Part shown: positions 1-14,325 of the stretch, in pieces
How positions within the stretch are numbered: the first letter of the stretch is position 1
Layout: each line of letters opens with the position of its first letter
Assembly: GCF_009914755.1 (NCBI RefSeq)
Contig: NC_060939.1
DNA length: 64,000 bases
From: the human T2T-CHM13v2.0 reference genome, Homo sapiens
Direction: 5' to 3' (one strand)
Notes under the pieces: generated by a model
Seen by the model: the letters and a program-made list of their open reading frames with translations, nothing else
What the model was told of the DNA's origin: nothing
Databases searched by the model: none
Made by a program: the position numbers and the translations under genes

Positions 1-1772
1 TTCCATTCGTGTCCATTCCATTCCAGTCCATTCCATTTGTGTCCACTGCATTCCATTCCACTCCATTCCATATTATTCCATTACACTCCATTCCATTCTA
101 TTACTTTCATTTCCATTCAATTCCATTCCATTTGATTCCATTCCACTCGGTTTCATTCCATTTGAGTCCACTCCATTCCATTCCATTCCATTCCATTCAG
201 TTCCATTCCATTCTGTTCCATTCCATTCCGTTCCATTACATTCCATTCCATTCGGTACCATTCCATATTGTTCCATTCGATTCCATTCGAATCCATTCCA
301 TTCCAGTCCATTCCATTCGATTCCATTCCATTCATTTCAATTCCATTCCATTCCATTCCATTACATTCCACTTGATTCCTCTCCATTCCCTTCCACTGCA
401 TTCCGTTCGATTCCATTCCATTGCATTGCATTCCATTCCATTGGATTGCATTCCATTCGATTCCATTCCATTCGAATCAATTACATAGCAATCCATTACA
501 TTCGAGTCTATTCTCTTCCGTTCCATTCGATTTCGTTCCAATCCATTCGATTCCATTCCATTCGATTCCATTCCATACTATTGCATTCCATTCGATTACA
601 TTATATTCGAATAAGTTCCATTCAAGACCATTTCTTTTGAGTCCATTCTATTTGAGTCCATTCCCTTTGATTCCATAACATTTGAGTCCATTCAATTCCA
701 TTCCTTTCGTTTCCATTCCATTTGATGCCATTCCATTCAATTCTGTTCTACCCGACTCCAATACATTCAATTCCATTCCATCCGATTCCATTACATTCTT
801 TTCATTTCTTATCCATTTCAAGCCATTCCACTCCATTCCATTCCACTCGTTTCCTTTCCATTCGAGTCCATTCCTCTCCAGTCCATTCCGTTCAATCCAT
901 TCCATTCCAGTCCATTCCATTCGAGTCCGTTCCATTCCAGTCCATTCCATTCGAGTCAATTCCATCCCATTCGATGTCTTTCCATAACGATCCATTCCAT
1001 TCTATTCCTTTCGATTCCATTCCATTCTATTTCATTCCATTCGATTCCCTTCCATTGGACTCCTTTCCATTCGAGTGCATTCCATTCCGTTCCATTTCTT
1101 TCCGTTCTGTACGATTCCTACCGTTCGATTTCATTTTGTTCCAGTCCATTCCTTTCGCGTCCATTCCATTCCATTTCACTCCATTCGATTCCATTCCACT
1201 CGATTCCACTTCGTTCCATTTCATTGCATTCCATTCTATTCAACTCTATTGCCTTCCATTCCATTCCATTCGATTACATTCCATGCGATTCCATTCGAAA
1301 TCGAATCAATTACATTGCAATCCATTACTATTGAGTCCGTTTTATTCCAGTCCACTGCATTCTGGTCCATTCCATTTGATTCCATTCCATTCTATTCCAT
1401 TCCATACAGTTGCATTCCATTGGATTCCATGCTATATCTATAAATTCAATTCGAGACCATTGCTTTTGAGTCCATTCTATATGATTCCATTCCATTCAAG
1501 TCCATTACATTTGGTTCAATTCCATTCCATTCCATTCCCTTCCATTCCATTCCATTTGATATCAATCCATTCGATTCCATTCCATTCGAGCACATTCCAT
1601 TCGAGTCCATTCCATTCGATGCCATTCCATTTGATTCTATTCCATTAGTCTCCATTCAATTCCATTAATCTCCATTCCATTCCATTCTACTCCAACTGAT
1701 TCCATTCCATTCTATTCCTTTCCATTCCATTTCATTCCATTCCATTCCATTTCATTCCATTCCATTCCATTC

Positions 1773-3561
1773 GTGTCCATTCCACTCCAGTCCATTCCAT
1801 TCGTGTCCATTCCATTCCAGTCCATTCCATTTGTGTCCACTGCATTCCATTCCACTCCATTCCATATTATTCCATTACACTCCATTCCATTCTATTACTT
1901 TCATTTCCATTCAATTCCATTCCATTTGATTCCATTCCACTCGGTTTCATTCCATTTGAGTCCACTCCATTCCATTCCATTCCATTCAGTTCCATTCCAT
2001 TCTGTTCCATTCCATTCCGTTCCATTACATTCCATTCCATTCGGTACCATTCCATATTGTTCCATTCGATTCCATTCGAATCCATTCCATTCCAGTCCAT
2101 TCCATTCGATTCCATTCCATTCATTTCAATTCCATTCCATTCCATTCCATTACATTCCACTTGATTCCTCTCCATTCCCTTCCACTGCATTCCGTTCGAT
2201 TCCATTCCATTGCATTGCATTCCATTCCATTGGATTGCATTCCATTCGATTCCATTCCATTCGAATCAATTACATAGCAATCCATTACATTCGAGTCTAT
2301 TCTCTTCCGTTCCATTCGATTTCGTTCCAATCCATTCGATTCCATTCCATTCGATTCCATTCCATACTATTGCATTCCATTCGATTACATTATATTCGAA
2401 TAAGTTCCATTCAAGACCATTTCTTTTGAGTCCATTCTATTTGAGTCCATTCCCTTTGATTCCATAACATTTGAGTCCATTCAATTCCATTCCTTTCGTT
2501 TCCATTCCATTTGATGCCATTCCATTCAATTCTGTTCTACTCGACTCCAATACATTCAATTCCATTCCATCCGATTCCATTACATTCTTTTCATTTCTTA
2601 TCCATTTCAAGCCATTCCACTCCATTCCATTCCACTCGTTTCCTTTCCATTCGAGTCCATTCCTCTCCAGTCCATTCCGTTCAATCCATTCCATTCCAGT
2701 CCATTCCATTCGAGTCCGTTCCATTCCAGTCCATTCCATTCGAGTCAATTCCATTCCATTCGATGTCTTTCCATAACGATCCATTCCATTCTATTCCTTT
2801 CGATTCCATTCCATTCTATTTCATTCCATTCGATTCCCTTCCATTGGACTCCTTTCCATTCGAGTGCATTCCATTCCTTTCCATTTCTTTCCGTTCTGTA
2901 CGATTCCTACCGTTCGATTTCATTTTGTTCCAGTCCATTCCTTTCGCGTCCATTCCATTCCATTTCACTCCATTCGATTCCATTCCACTCGATTCCACTT
3001 CGTTCCATTTCATTGCATTCCATTCTATTCAACTCTATTGCCTTCCATTCCATTCCATTCGATTACATTCCATGCGATTCCATTCGAAATCGAATCAATT
3101 ACATTGCAATCCATTACTATTGAGTCCGTTTTATTCCAGTCCACTGCATTCTGGTCCATTCCATTTGATTCCATTCCATTCTATTCCATTCCATACAGTT
3201 GCATTCCATTGGATTCCATGCTATATCTATAAATTCAATTCGAGACCATTGCTTTTGAGTCCATTCTATATGATTCCATTCCATTCAAGTCCATTACATT
3301 TGGTTCCATTCCATTCCATTCCATTCCCTTCCATTCCATTCCATTTGATATCAATCCATTCGATTCCATTCCATTCGAGCACATTCCATTCGAGTCCATT
3401 CCATTCGATGCCATTCCATTTGATTCTATTCCATTAGTCTCCATTCAATTCCATTAATCTCCATTCCATTCCATTCTACTCCAACTGATTCCATTCCATT
3501 CTATTCCTTTCCATTCCATTTCATTCCATTCCATTCCATTTCATTCCATTCCATTCCATTC
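1773..3561 (+). repeat. Variant unit U2, 1789 bp (one pentamer missing)
   Basis: Start spacing is 1789. There is one fewer CATTC before CAGTT at ~1965-1985, and the ORF track shows a frameshifted 218-aa ORF here. Confidence 0.9.
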
Positions 3562-6500
3562 GTGTCCATTCCACTCCAGTCCATTCCATTCGTGTCCATT
3601 CCATTCCAGTCCATTCCATTTGTGTCCACTGCATTCCATTCCACTCCATTCCATATTATTCCATTACACTCCATTCCATTCTATTACTTTCATTTCCATT
3701 CAATTCCATTCCATTTGATTCCATTCCACTCGGTTTCATTCCATTTGAGTCCACTCCATTCCATTCCATTCCATTCCATTCAGTTCCATTCCATTCTGTT
3801 CCATTCCATTCCGTTCCATTACATTCCATTCCATTCGGTACCATTCCATATTGTTCCATTCGATTCCATTCGAATCCATTCCATTCCAGTCCATTCCATT
3901 CGATTCCATTCCATTCATTTCAATTCCATTCCATTCCATTCCATTACATTCCACTTGATTCCTCTCCATTCCCTTCCACTGCATTCCGTTCGATTCCATT
4001 CCATTGCATTGCATTCCATTCCATTGGATTGCATTCCATTCGATTCCATTCCATTCGAATCAATTACATAGCAATCCATTACATTCGAGTCTATTCTCTT
4101 CCGTTCCATTCGATTTCGTTCCAATCCATTCGATTCCATTCCATTCGATTCCATTCCATACTATTGCATTCCATTCGATTACATTATATTCGAATAAGTT
4201 CCATTCAAGACCATTTCTTTTGAGTCCATTCTATTTGAGTCCATTCCCTTTGATTCCATAACATTTGAGTCCATTCAATTCCATTCCTTTCGTTTCCATT
4301 CCATTTGATGCCATTCCATTCAATTCTGTTCTACTCGACTCCAATACATTCAATTCCATTCCATCCGATTCCATTACATTCTTTTCATTTCTTATCCATT
4401 TCAAGCCATTCCACTCCATTCCATTCCACTCGTTTCCTTTCCATTCGAGTCCATTCCTCTCCAGTCCATTCCGTTCAATCCATTCCATTCCAGTCCATTC
4501 CATTCGAGTCCGTTCCATTCCAGTCCATTCCATTCGAGTCAATTCCATTCCATTCGATGTCTTTCCATAACGATCCATTCCATTCTATTCCTTTCGATTC
4601 CATTCCATTCTATTTCATTCCATTCGATTCCCTTCCATTGGACTCCTTTCCATTCGAGTGCATTCCATTCCGTTCCATTTCTTTCCGTTCTGTACGATTC
4701 CTACCGTTCGATTTCATTTTGTTCCAGTCCATTCCTTTCGCGTCCATTCCATTCCATTTCACTCCATTCGATTCCATTCCACTCGATTCCACTTCGTTCC
4801 ATTTCATTGCATTCCATTCTATTCAACTCTATTGCCTTCCATTCCATTCCATTCGATTACATTCCATGCGATTCCATTCGAAATCGAATCAATTACATTG
4901 CAATCCATTACTATTGAGTCCGTTTTATTCCAGTCCACTGCATTCTGGTCCATTCCATTTGATTCCATTCCATTCTATTCCATTCCATACAGTTGCATTC
5001 CATTGGATTCCATGCTATATCTATAAATTCAATTCGAGACCATTGCTTTTGAGTCCATTCTATATGATTCCATTCCATTCAAGTCCATTACATTTGGTTC
5101 CATTCCATTCCATTCCATTCCCTTCCATTCCATTCCATTTGATATCAATCCATTCGATTCCATTCCATTCGAGCACATTCCATTCGAGTCCATTCCATTC
5201 GATGCCATTCCATTTGATTCTATTCCATTAGTCTCCATTCAATTCCATTAATCTCCATTCCATTCCATTCTACTCCAACTGATTCCATTCCATTCTATTC
5301 CTTTCCATTCCATTTCATTCCATTCCATTCCATTTCATTCCATTCCATTCCATTCGTGTCCATTCCACTCCAGTCCATTCCATTCGTGTCCATTCCATTC
5401 CAGTCCATTCCATTTGTGTCCACTGCATTCCATTCCACTCCATTCCATATTATTCCATTACACTCCATTCCATTCTATTACTTTCATTTCCATTCAATTC
5501 CATTCCATTTGATTCCATTCCACTCGGTTTCATTCCATTTGAGTCCACTCCATTCCATTCCATTCCATTCCATTCAGTTCCATTCCATTCTGTTCCATTC
5601 CATTCCGTTCCATTACATTCCATTCCATTCGGTACCATTCCATATTGTTCCATTCGATTCCATTCGAATCCATTCCATTCCAGTCCATTCCATTCGATTC
5701 CATTCCATTCATTTCAATTCCATTCCATTCCATTCCATTCCATTCCACTTGATTCCTCTCCATTCCCTTCCACTGCATTCCGTTCGATTCCATTCCATTG
5801 CATTGCATTCCATTCCATTGGATTGCATTCCATTCGATTCCATTCCATTCGAATCAATTACATAGCAATCCATTACATTCGAGTCTATTCTCTTCCGTTC
5901 CATTCGATTTCGTTCCAATCCATTCGATTCCATTCCATTCGATTCCATTCCATACTATTGCATTCCATTCGATTACATTATATTCGAATAAGTTCCATTC
6001 AAGACCATTTCTTTTGAGTCCATTCTATTTGAGTCCATTCCCTTTGATTCCATAACATTTGAGTCCATTCAATTCCATTCCTTTCGTTTCCATTCCATTT
6101 GATGCCATTCCATTCAATTCTGTTCTACCCGACTCCAATACATTCAATTCCATTCCATCCGATTCCATTACATTCTTTTCATTTCTTATCCATTTCAAGC
6201 CATTCCACTCCATTCCATTCCACTCGTTTCCTTTCCATTCGAGTCCATTCCTCTCCAGTCCATTCCGTTCAATCCATTCCATTCCAGTCCATTCCATTCG
6301 AGTCCGTTCCATTCCAGTCCATTCCATTCGAGTCAATTCCATCCCATTCGATGTCTTTCCATAACGATCCATTCCATTCTATTCCTTTCGATTCCATTCC
6401 ATTCTATTTCATTCCATTCGATTCCCTTCCATTGGACTCCTTTCCATTCGAGTGCATTCCATTCCGTTCCATTTCTTTCCGTTCTGTACGATTCCTACCG

Positions 6501-9500
6501 TTCGATTTCATTTTGTTCCAGTCCATTCCTTTCGCGTCCATTCCATTCCATTTCACTCCATTCGATTCCATTCCACTCGATTCCACTTCGTTCCATTTCA
6601 TTGCATTCCATTCTATTCAACTCTATTGCCTTCCATTCCATTCCATTCGATTACATTCCATGCGATTCCATTCGAAATCGAATCAATTACATTGCAATCC
6701 ATTACTATTGAGTCCGTTTTATTCCAGTCCACTGCATTCTGGTCCATTCCATTTGATTCCATTCCATTCTATTCCATTCCATACAGTTGCATTCCATTGG
6801 ATTCCATGCTATATCTATAAATTCAATTCGAGACCATTGCTTTTGAGTCCATTCTATATGATTCCATTCCATTCAAGTCCATTACATTTGGTTCAATTCC
6901 ATTCCATTCCATTCCCTTCCATTCCATTCCATTTGATATCAATCCATTCGATTCCATTCCATTCGAGCACATTCCATTCGAGTCCATTCCATTCGATGCC
7001 ATTCCATTTGATTCTATTCCATTAGTCTCCATTCAATTCCATTAATCTCCATTCCATTCCATTCTACTCCAACTGATTCCATTCCATTCTATTCCTTTCC
7101 ATTCCATTTCATTCCATTCCATTCCATTTCATTCCATTCCATTCCATTCGTGTCCATTCCACTCCAGTCCATTCCATTCGTGTCCATTCCATTCCAGTCC
7201 ATTCCATTTGTGTCCACTGCATTCCATTCCACTCCATTCCATATTATTCCATTACACTCCATTCCATTCTATTACTTTCATTTCCATTCAATTCCATTCC
7301 ATTTGATTCCATTCCACTCGGTTTCATTCCATTTGAGTCCACTCCATTCCATTCCATTCCATTCCATTCAGTTCCATTCCATTCTGTTCCATTCCATTCC
7401 GTTCCATTACATTCCATTCCATTCGGTACCATTCCATATTGTTCCATTCGATTCCATTCGAATCCATTCCATTCCAGTCCATTCCATTCGATTCCATTCC
7501 ATTCATTTCAATTCCATTCCATTCCATTCCATTACATTCCACTTGATTCCTCTCCATTCCCTTCCACTGCATTCCGTTCGATTCCATTCCATTGCATTGC
7601 ATTCCATTCCATTGGATTGCATTCCATTCGATTCCATTCCATTCGAATCAATTACATAGCAATCCATTACATTCGAGTCTATTCTCTTCCGTTCCATTCG
7701 ATTTCGTTCCAATCCATTCGATTCCATTCCATTCGATTCCATTCCATACTATTGCATTCCATTCGATTACATTATATTCGAATAAGTTCCATTCAAGGCC
7801 ATTTCTTTTGAGTCCATTCTATTTGAGTCCATTCCCTTTGATTCCATAACATTTGAGTCCATTCAATTCCATTCCTTTCGTTTCCATTCCATTTGATGCC
7901 ATTCCATTCAATTCTGTTCTACCCGACTCCAATACATTCAATTCCATTCCATCCGATTCCATTACATTCTTTTCATTTCTTATCCATTTCAAGCCATTCC
8001 ACTCCATTCCATTCCACTCGTTTCCTTTCCATTCGAGTCCATTCCTCTCCAGTCCATTCCGTTCAATCCATTCCATTCCAGTCCATTCCATTCGAGTCCG
8101 TTCCATTCCAGTCCATTCCATTCGAGTCAATTCCATCCCATTCGATGTCTTTCCATAACGATCCATTCCATTCTATTCCTTTCGATTCCATTCCATTCTA
8201 TTTCATTCCATTCGATTCCCTTCCATTGGACTCCTTTCCATTCGAGTGCATTCCATTCCGTTCCATTTCTTTCCGTTCTGTACGATTCCTACCGTTCGAT
8301 TTCATTTTGTTCCAGTCCATTCCTTTCGCGTCCATTCCATTCCATTTCACTCCATTCGATTCCATTCCACTCGATTCCACTTCGTTGCATTTCATTGCAT
8401 TCCATTCTATTCAACTCTATTGCCTTCCATTCCATTCCATTCGATTACATTCCATGCGATTCCATTCGAAATCGAATCAATTACATTGCAATCCATTACT
8501 ATTGAGTCCGTTTTATTCCAGTCCACTGCATTCTGGTCCATTCCATTTGATTCCATTCCATTCTATTCCATTCCATACAGTTGCATTCCATTGGATTCCA
8601 TGCTATATCTATAAATTCAATTCGAGACCATTGCTTTTGAGTCCATTCTATATGATTCCATTCCATTCAAGTCCATTACATTTGGTTCAATTCCATTCCA
8701 TTCCATTCCCTTCCATTCCATTCCATTTGATATCAATCCATTCGATTCCATTCCATTCGAGCACATTCCATTCGAGTCCATTCCATTCGATGCCATTCCA
8801 TTTGATTCTATTCCATTAGTCTCCATTCAATTCCATTAATCTCCATTCCATTCCATTCTACTCCAACTGATTCCATTCCATTCTATTCCTTTCCATTCCA
8901 TTTCGTTCCATTCCATTCCATTTCATTCCATTCCATTCCATTCGTGTCCATTCCACTCCAGTCCATTCCATTCGTGTCCATTCCATTCCAGTCCATTCCA
9001 TTTGTGTCCACTGCATTCCATTCCACTCCATTCCATATTATTCCATTACACTCCATTCCATTCTATTACTTTCATTTCCATTCAATTCCATTCCATTTGA
9101 TTCCATTCCACTCGGTTTCATTCCATTTGAGTCCACTCCATTCCATTCCATTCCATTCCATTCAGTTCCATTCCATTCTGTTCCATTCCATTCCGTTCCA
9201 TTACATTCCATTCCATTCGGTACCATTCCATATTGTTCCATTCGATTCCATTCGAATCCATTCCATTCCAGTCCATTCCATTCGATTCCATTCCATTCAT
9301 TTCAATTCCATTCCATTCCATTCCATTACATTCCACTTGATTCCTCTCCATTCCCTTCCACTGCATTCCGTTCGATTCCATTCCATTGCATTGCATTCCA
9401 TTCCATTGGATTGCATTCCATTCGATTCCATTCCATTCGAATCAATTACATAGCAATCCATTACATTCGAGTCTATTCTCTTCCGTTCCATTCGATTTCG

Positions 9501-12500
9501 TTCCAATCCATTCGATTCCATTCCATTCGATTCCATTCCATACTATTGCATTCCATTCGATTACATTATATTCGAATAAGTTCCATTCAAGACCATTTCT
9601 TTTGAGTCCATTCTATTTGAGTCCATTCCCTTTGATTCCATAACATTTGAGTCCATTCAATTCCATTCCTTTCGTTTCCATTCCATTTGATGCCATTCCA
9701 TTCAATTCTGTTCTACTCGACTCCAATACATTCAATTCCATTCCATCCGATTCCATTACATTCTTTTCATTTCTTATCCATTTCAAGCCATTCCACTCCA
9801 TTCCATTCCACTCGTTTCCTTTCCATTCGAGTCCATTCCTCTCCAGTCCATTCCGTTCAATCCATTCCATTCCAGTCCATTCCATTCGAGTCCGTTCCAT
9901 TCCAGTCCATTCCATTCGAGTCAATTCCATTCCATTCGATGTCTTTCCATAACGATCCATTCCATTCTATTCCTTTCGATTCCATTCCATTCTATTTCAT
10001 TCCATTCGATTCCCTTCCATTGGACTCCTTTCCATTCGAGTGCATTCCATTCCGTTCCATTTCTTTCCGTTCTGTACGATTCCTACCGTTCGATTTCATT
10101 TTGTTCCAGTCCATTCCTTTCGCGTCCATTCCATTCCATTTCACTCCATTCGATTCCATTCCACTCGATTCCACTTCGTTCCATTTCATTGCATTCCATT
10201 CTATTCAACTCTATTGCCTTCCATTCCATTCCATTCGATTACATTCCATGCGATTCCATTCGAAATCGAATCAATTACATTGCAATCCATTACTATTGAG
10301 TCCGTTTTATTCCAGTCCACTGCATTCTGGTCCATTCCATTTGATTCCATTCCATTCTATTCCATTCCATACAGTTGCATTCCATTGGATTCCATGCTAT
10401 ATCTATAAATTCAATTCGAGACCATTGCTTTTGAGTCCATTCTATATGATTCCATTCCATTCAAGTCCATTACATTTGGTTCAATTCCATTCCATTCCAT
10501 TCCCTTCCATTCCATTCCATTTGATATCAATCCATTCGATTCCATTCCATTCGAGCACATTCCATTCGAGTCCATTCCATTCGATGCCATTCCATTTGAT
10601 TCTATTCCATTAGTCTCCATTCAATTCCATTAATCTCCATTCCATTCCATTCTACTCCAACTGATTCCATTCCATTCTATTCCTTTCCATTCCATTTCAT
10701 TCCATTCCATTCCATTTCATTCCATTCCATTCCATTCGTGTCCATTCCACTCCAGTCCATTCCATTCGTGTCCATTCCATTCCAGTCCATTCCATTTGTG
10801 TCCACTGCATTCCATTCCACTCCATTCCATATTATTCCATTACACTCCATTCCATTCTATTACTTTCATTTCCATTCAATTCCATTCCATTTGATTCCAT
10901 TCCACTCGGTTTCATTCCATTTGAGTCCACTCCATTCCATTCCATTCCATTCCATTCAGTTCCATTCCATTCTGTTCCATTCCATTCCGTTCCATTACAT
11001 TCCATTCCATTCGGTACCATTCCATATTGTTCCATTCGATTCCATTCGAATCCATTCCATTCCAGTCCATTCCATTCGATTCCATTCCATTCATTTCAAT
11101 TCCATTCCATTCCATTACATTACATTCCACTTGATTCCTCTCCATTCCCTTCCACTGCATTCCGTTCGATTCCATTCCATTGCATTGCATTCCATTCCAT
11201 TGGATTGCATTCCATTCGATTCCATTCCATTCGAATCAATTACATAGCAATCCATTACATTCGAGTCTATTCTCTTCCGTTCCATTCGATTTCGTTCCAA
11301 TCCATTCGATTCCATTCCATTCGATTCCATTCCATACTATTGCATTCCATTCGATTACATTATATTCGAATAAGTTCCATTCAAGACCATTTCTTTTGAG
11401 TCCATTCTATTTGAGTCCATTCCCTTTGATTCCATAACATTTGAGTCCATTCAATTCCATTCCTTTCGTTTCCATTCCATTTGATGCCATTCCATTCAAT
11501 TCTGTTCTACTCGACTCCAATACATTCAATTCCATTCCATCCGATTCCATTACATTCTTTTCATTTCTTATCCATTTCAAGCCATTCCACTCCATTCCAT
11601 TCCACTCGTTTCCTTTCCATTCGAGTCCATTCCTCTCCAGTCCATTCCGTTCAATCCATTCCATTCCAGTCCATTCCATTCGAGTCCGTTCCATTCCAGT
11701 CCATTCCATTCGAGTCAATTCCATTCCATTCGATGTCTTTCCATAACGATCCATTCCATTCTATTCCTTTCGATTCCATTCCATTCTATTTCATTCCATT
11801 CGATTCCCTTCCATTGGACTCCTTTCCATTCGAGTGCATTCCATTCCGTTCCATTTCTTTCCGTTCTGTACGATTCCTACCGTTCGATTTCATTTTGTTC
11901 CAGTCCATTCCTTTCGCGTCCATTCCATTCCATTTCACTCCATTCGATTCCATTCCACTCGATTCCACTTCGTTCCATTTCATTGCATTCCATTCTATTC
12001 AACTCTATTGCCTTCCATTCCATTCCATTCGATTACATTCCATGCGATTCCATTCGAAATCGAATCAATTACATTGCAATCCATTACTATTGAGTCCGTT
12101 TTATTCCAGTCCACTGCATTCTGGTCCATTCCATTTGATTCCATTCCATTCTATTCCATTCCATACAGTTGCATTCCATTGGATTCCATGCTATATCTAT
12201 AAATTCAATTCGAGACCATTGCTTTTGAGTCCATTCTATATGATTCCATTCCATTCAAGTCCATTACATTTGGTTCAATTCCATTCCATTCCATTCCCTT
12301 CCATTCCATTCCATTTGATATCAATCCATTCGATTCCATTCCATTCGAGCACATTCCATTCGAGTCCATTCCATTCGATGCCATTCCATTTGATTCTATT
12401 CCATTAGTCTCCATTCAATTCCATTAATCTCCATTCCATTCCATTCTACTCCAACTGATTCCATTCCATTCTATTCCTTTCCATTCCATTTCATTCCATT

Positions 12501-12531
12501 CCATTCCATTTCATTCCATTCCATTCCATTC

Positions 12532-14325
12532 GTGTCCATTCCACTCCAGTCCATTCCATTCGTGTCCATTCCATTCCAGTCCATTCCATTTGTGTCCACT
12601 GCATTCCATTCCACTCCATTCCATATTATTCCATTACACTCCATTCCATTCTATTACTTTCATTTCCATTCAATTCCATTCCATTTGATTCCATTCCACT
12701 CGGTTTCATTCCATTTGAGTCCACTCCATTCCATTCCATTCCATTCCATTCAGTTCCATTCCATTCTGTTCCATTCCATTCCGTTCCATTACATTCCATT
12801 CCATTCGGTACCATTCCATATTGTTCCATTCGATTCCATTCGAATCCATTCCATTCCAGTCCATTCCATTCGATTCCATTCCATTCATTTCAATTCCATT
12901 CCATTCCATTCCATTACATTCCACTTGATTCCTCTCCATTCCCTTCCACTGCATTCCGTTCGATTCCATTCCATTGCATTGCATTCCATTCCATTGGATT
13001 GCATTCCATTCGATTCCATTCCATTCGAATCAATTACATAGCAATCCATTACATTCGAGTCTATTCTCTTCCGTTCCATTCGATTTCGTTCCAATCCATT
13101 CGATTCCATTCCATTCGATTCCATTCCATACTATTGCATTCCATTCGATTACATTATATTCGAATAAGTTCCATTCAAGACCATTTCTTTTGAGTCCATT
13201 CTATTTGAGTCCATTCCCTTTGATTCCATAACATTTGAGTCCATTCAATTCCATTCCTTTCGTTTCCATTCCATTTGATGCCATTCCATTCAATTCTGTT
13301 CTACTCGACTCCAATACATTCAATTCCATTCCATCCGATTCCATTACATTCTTTTCATTTCTTATCCATTTCAAGCCATTCCACTCCATTCCATTCCACT
13401 CGTTTCCTTTCCATTCGAGTCCATTCCTCTCCAGTCCATTCCGTTCAATCCATTCCATTCCAGTCCATTCCATTCGAGTCCGTTCCATTCCAGTCCATTC
13501 CATTCGAGTCAATTCCATTCCATTCGATGTCTTTCCATAACGATCCATTCCATTCTATTCCTTTCGATTCCATTCCATTCTATTTCATTCCATTCGATTC
13601 CCTTCCATTGGACTCCTTTCCATTCGAGTGCATTCCATTCCGTTCCATTTCTTTCCGTTCTGTACGATTCCTACCGTTCGATTTCATTTTGTTCCAGTCC
13701 ATTCCTTTCGCGTCCATTCCATTCCATTTCACTCCATTCGATTCCATTCCACTCGATTCCACTTCGTTCCATTTCATTGCATTCCATTCTATTCAACTCT
13801 ATTGCCTTCCATTCCATTCCATTCGATTACATTCCATGCGATTCCATTCGAAATCGAATCAATTACATTGCAATCCATTACTATTGAGTCCGTTTTATTC
13901 CAGTCCACTGCATTCTGGTCCATTCCATTTGATTCCATTCCATTCTATTCCATTCCATACAGTTGCATTCCATTGGATTCCATGCTATATCTATAAATTC
14001 AATTCGAGACCATTGCTTTTGAGTCCATTCTATATGATTCCATTCCATTCAAGTCCATTACATTTGGTTCAATTCCATTCCATTCCATTCCCTTCCATTC
14101 CATTCCATTTGATATCAATCCATTCGATTCCATTCCATTCGAGCACATTCCATTCGAGTCCATTCCATTCGATGCCATTCCATTTGATTCTATTCCATTA
14201 GTCTCCATTCAATTCCATTAATCTCCATTCCATTCCATTCTACTCCAACTGATTCCATTCCATTCTATTCCTTTCCATTCCATTTCATTCCATTCCATTC
14301 CATTTCATTCCATTCCATTCCATTC
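12532..14325 (+). repeat. Representative consensus-like 1794-bp unit (U8)
   Basis: Landmarks recur once per unit: GTGTCC triplet, GGTACC, GAATCAATTACATAGC, GAATAAGTT, CATAACGATCC, CTGTACGATTCCTACCG, TTCGCGT, CTATATCTATAAATT, GATATC and GAGCAC. I saw no difference between U6 and U8. Confidence 0.95.

Noticed and set aside
648-995. Minus-strand MEWNG-repeat ORFs
   Set aside because: These are the translation of (GGAAT)n, a well-known spurious low-complexity product, and they are truncated by a stop in U22, U33 and U35.
600-1310. Canonical heat-shock elements near GAATAAGTTC or TTCGAAATCGAAT
   Set aside because: The spacing does not match alternating nGAAnnTTCn arrays. The nGAAn pentamers here are head-to-tail.
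722-1648. 308-aa + strand ORF repeated in most units (HSIPF-rich)
   Set aside because: It is simply the translation of (CATTC)n, which lacks stop codons. It has a non-ATG (TTG) start and no domain, and it is freely broken by stops in U14, U15, U17, U23, U27, U32 and U34.
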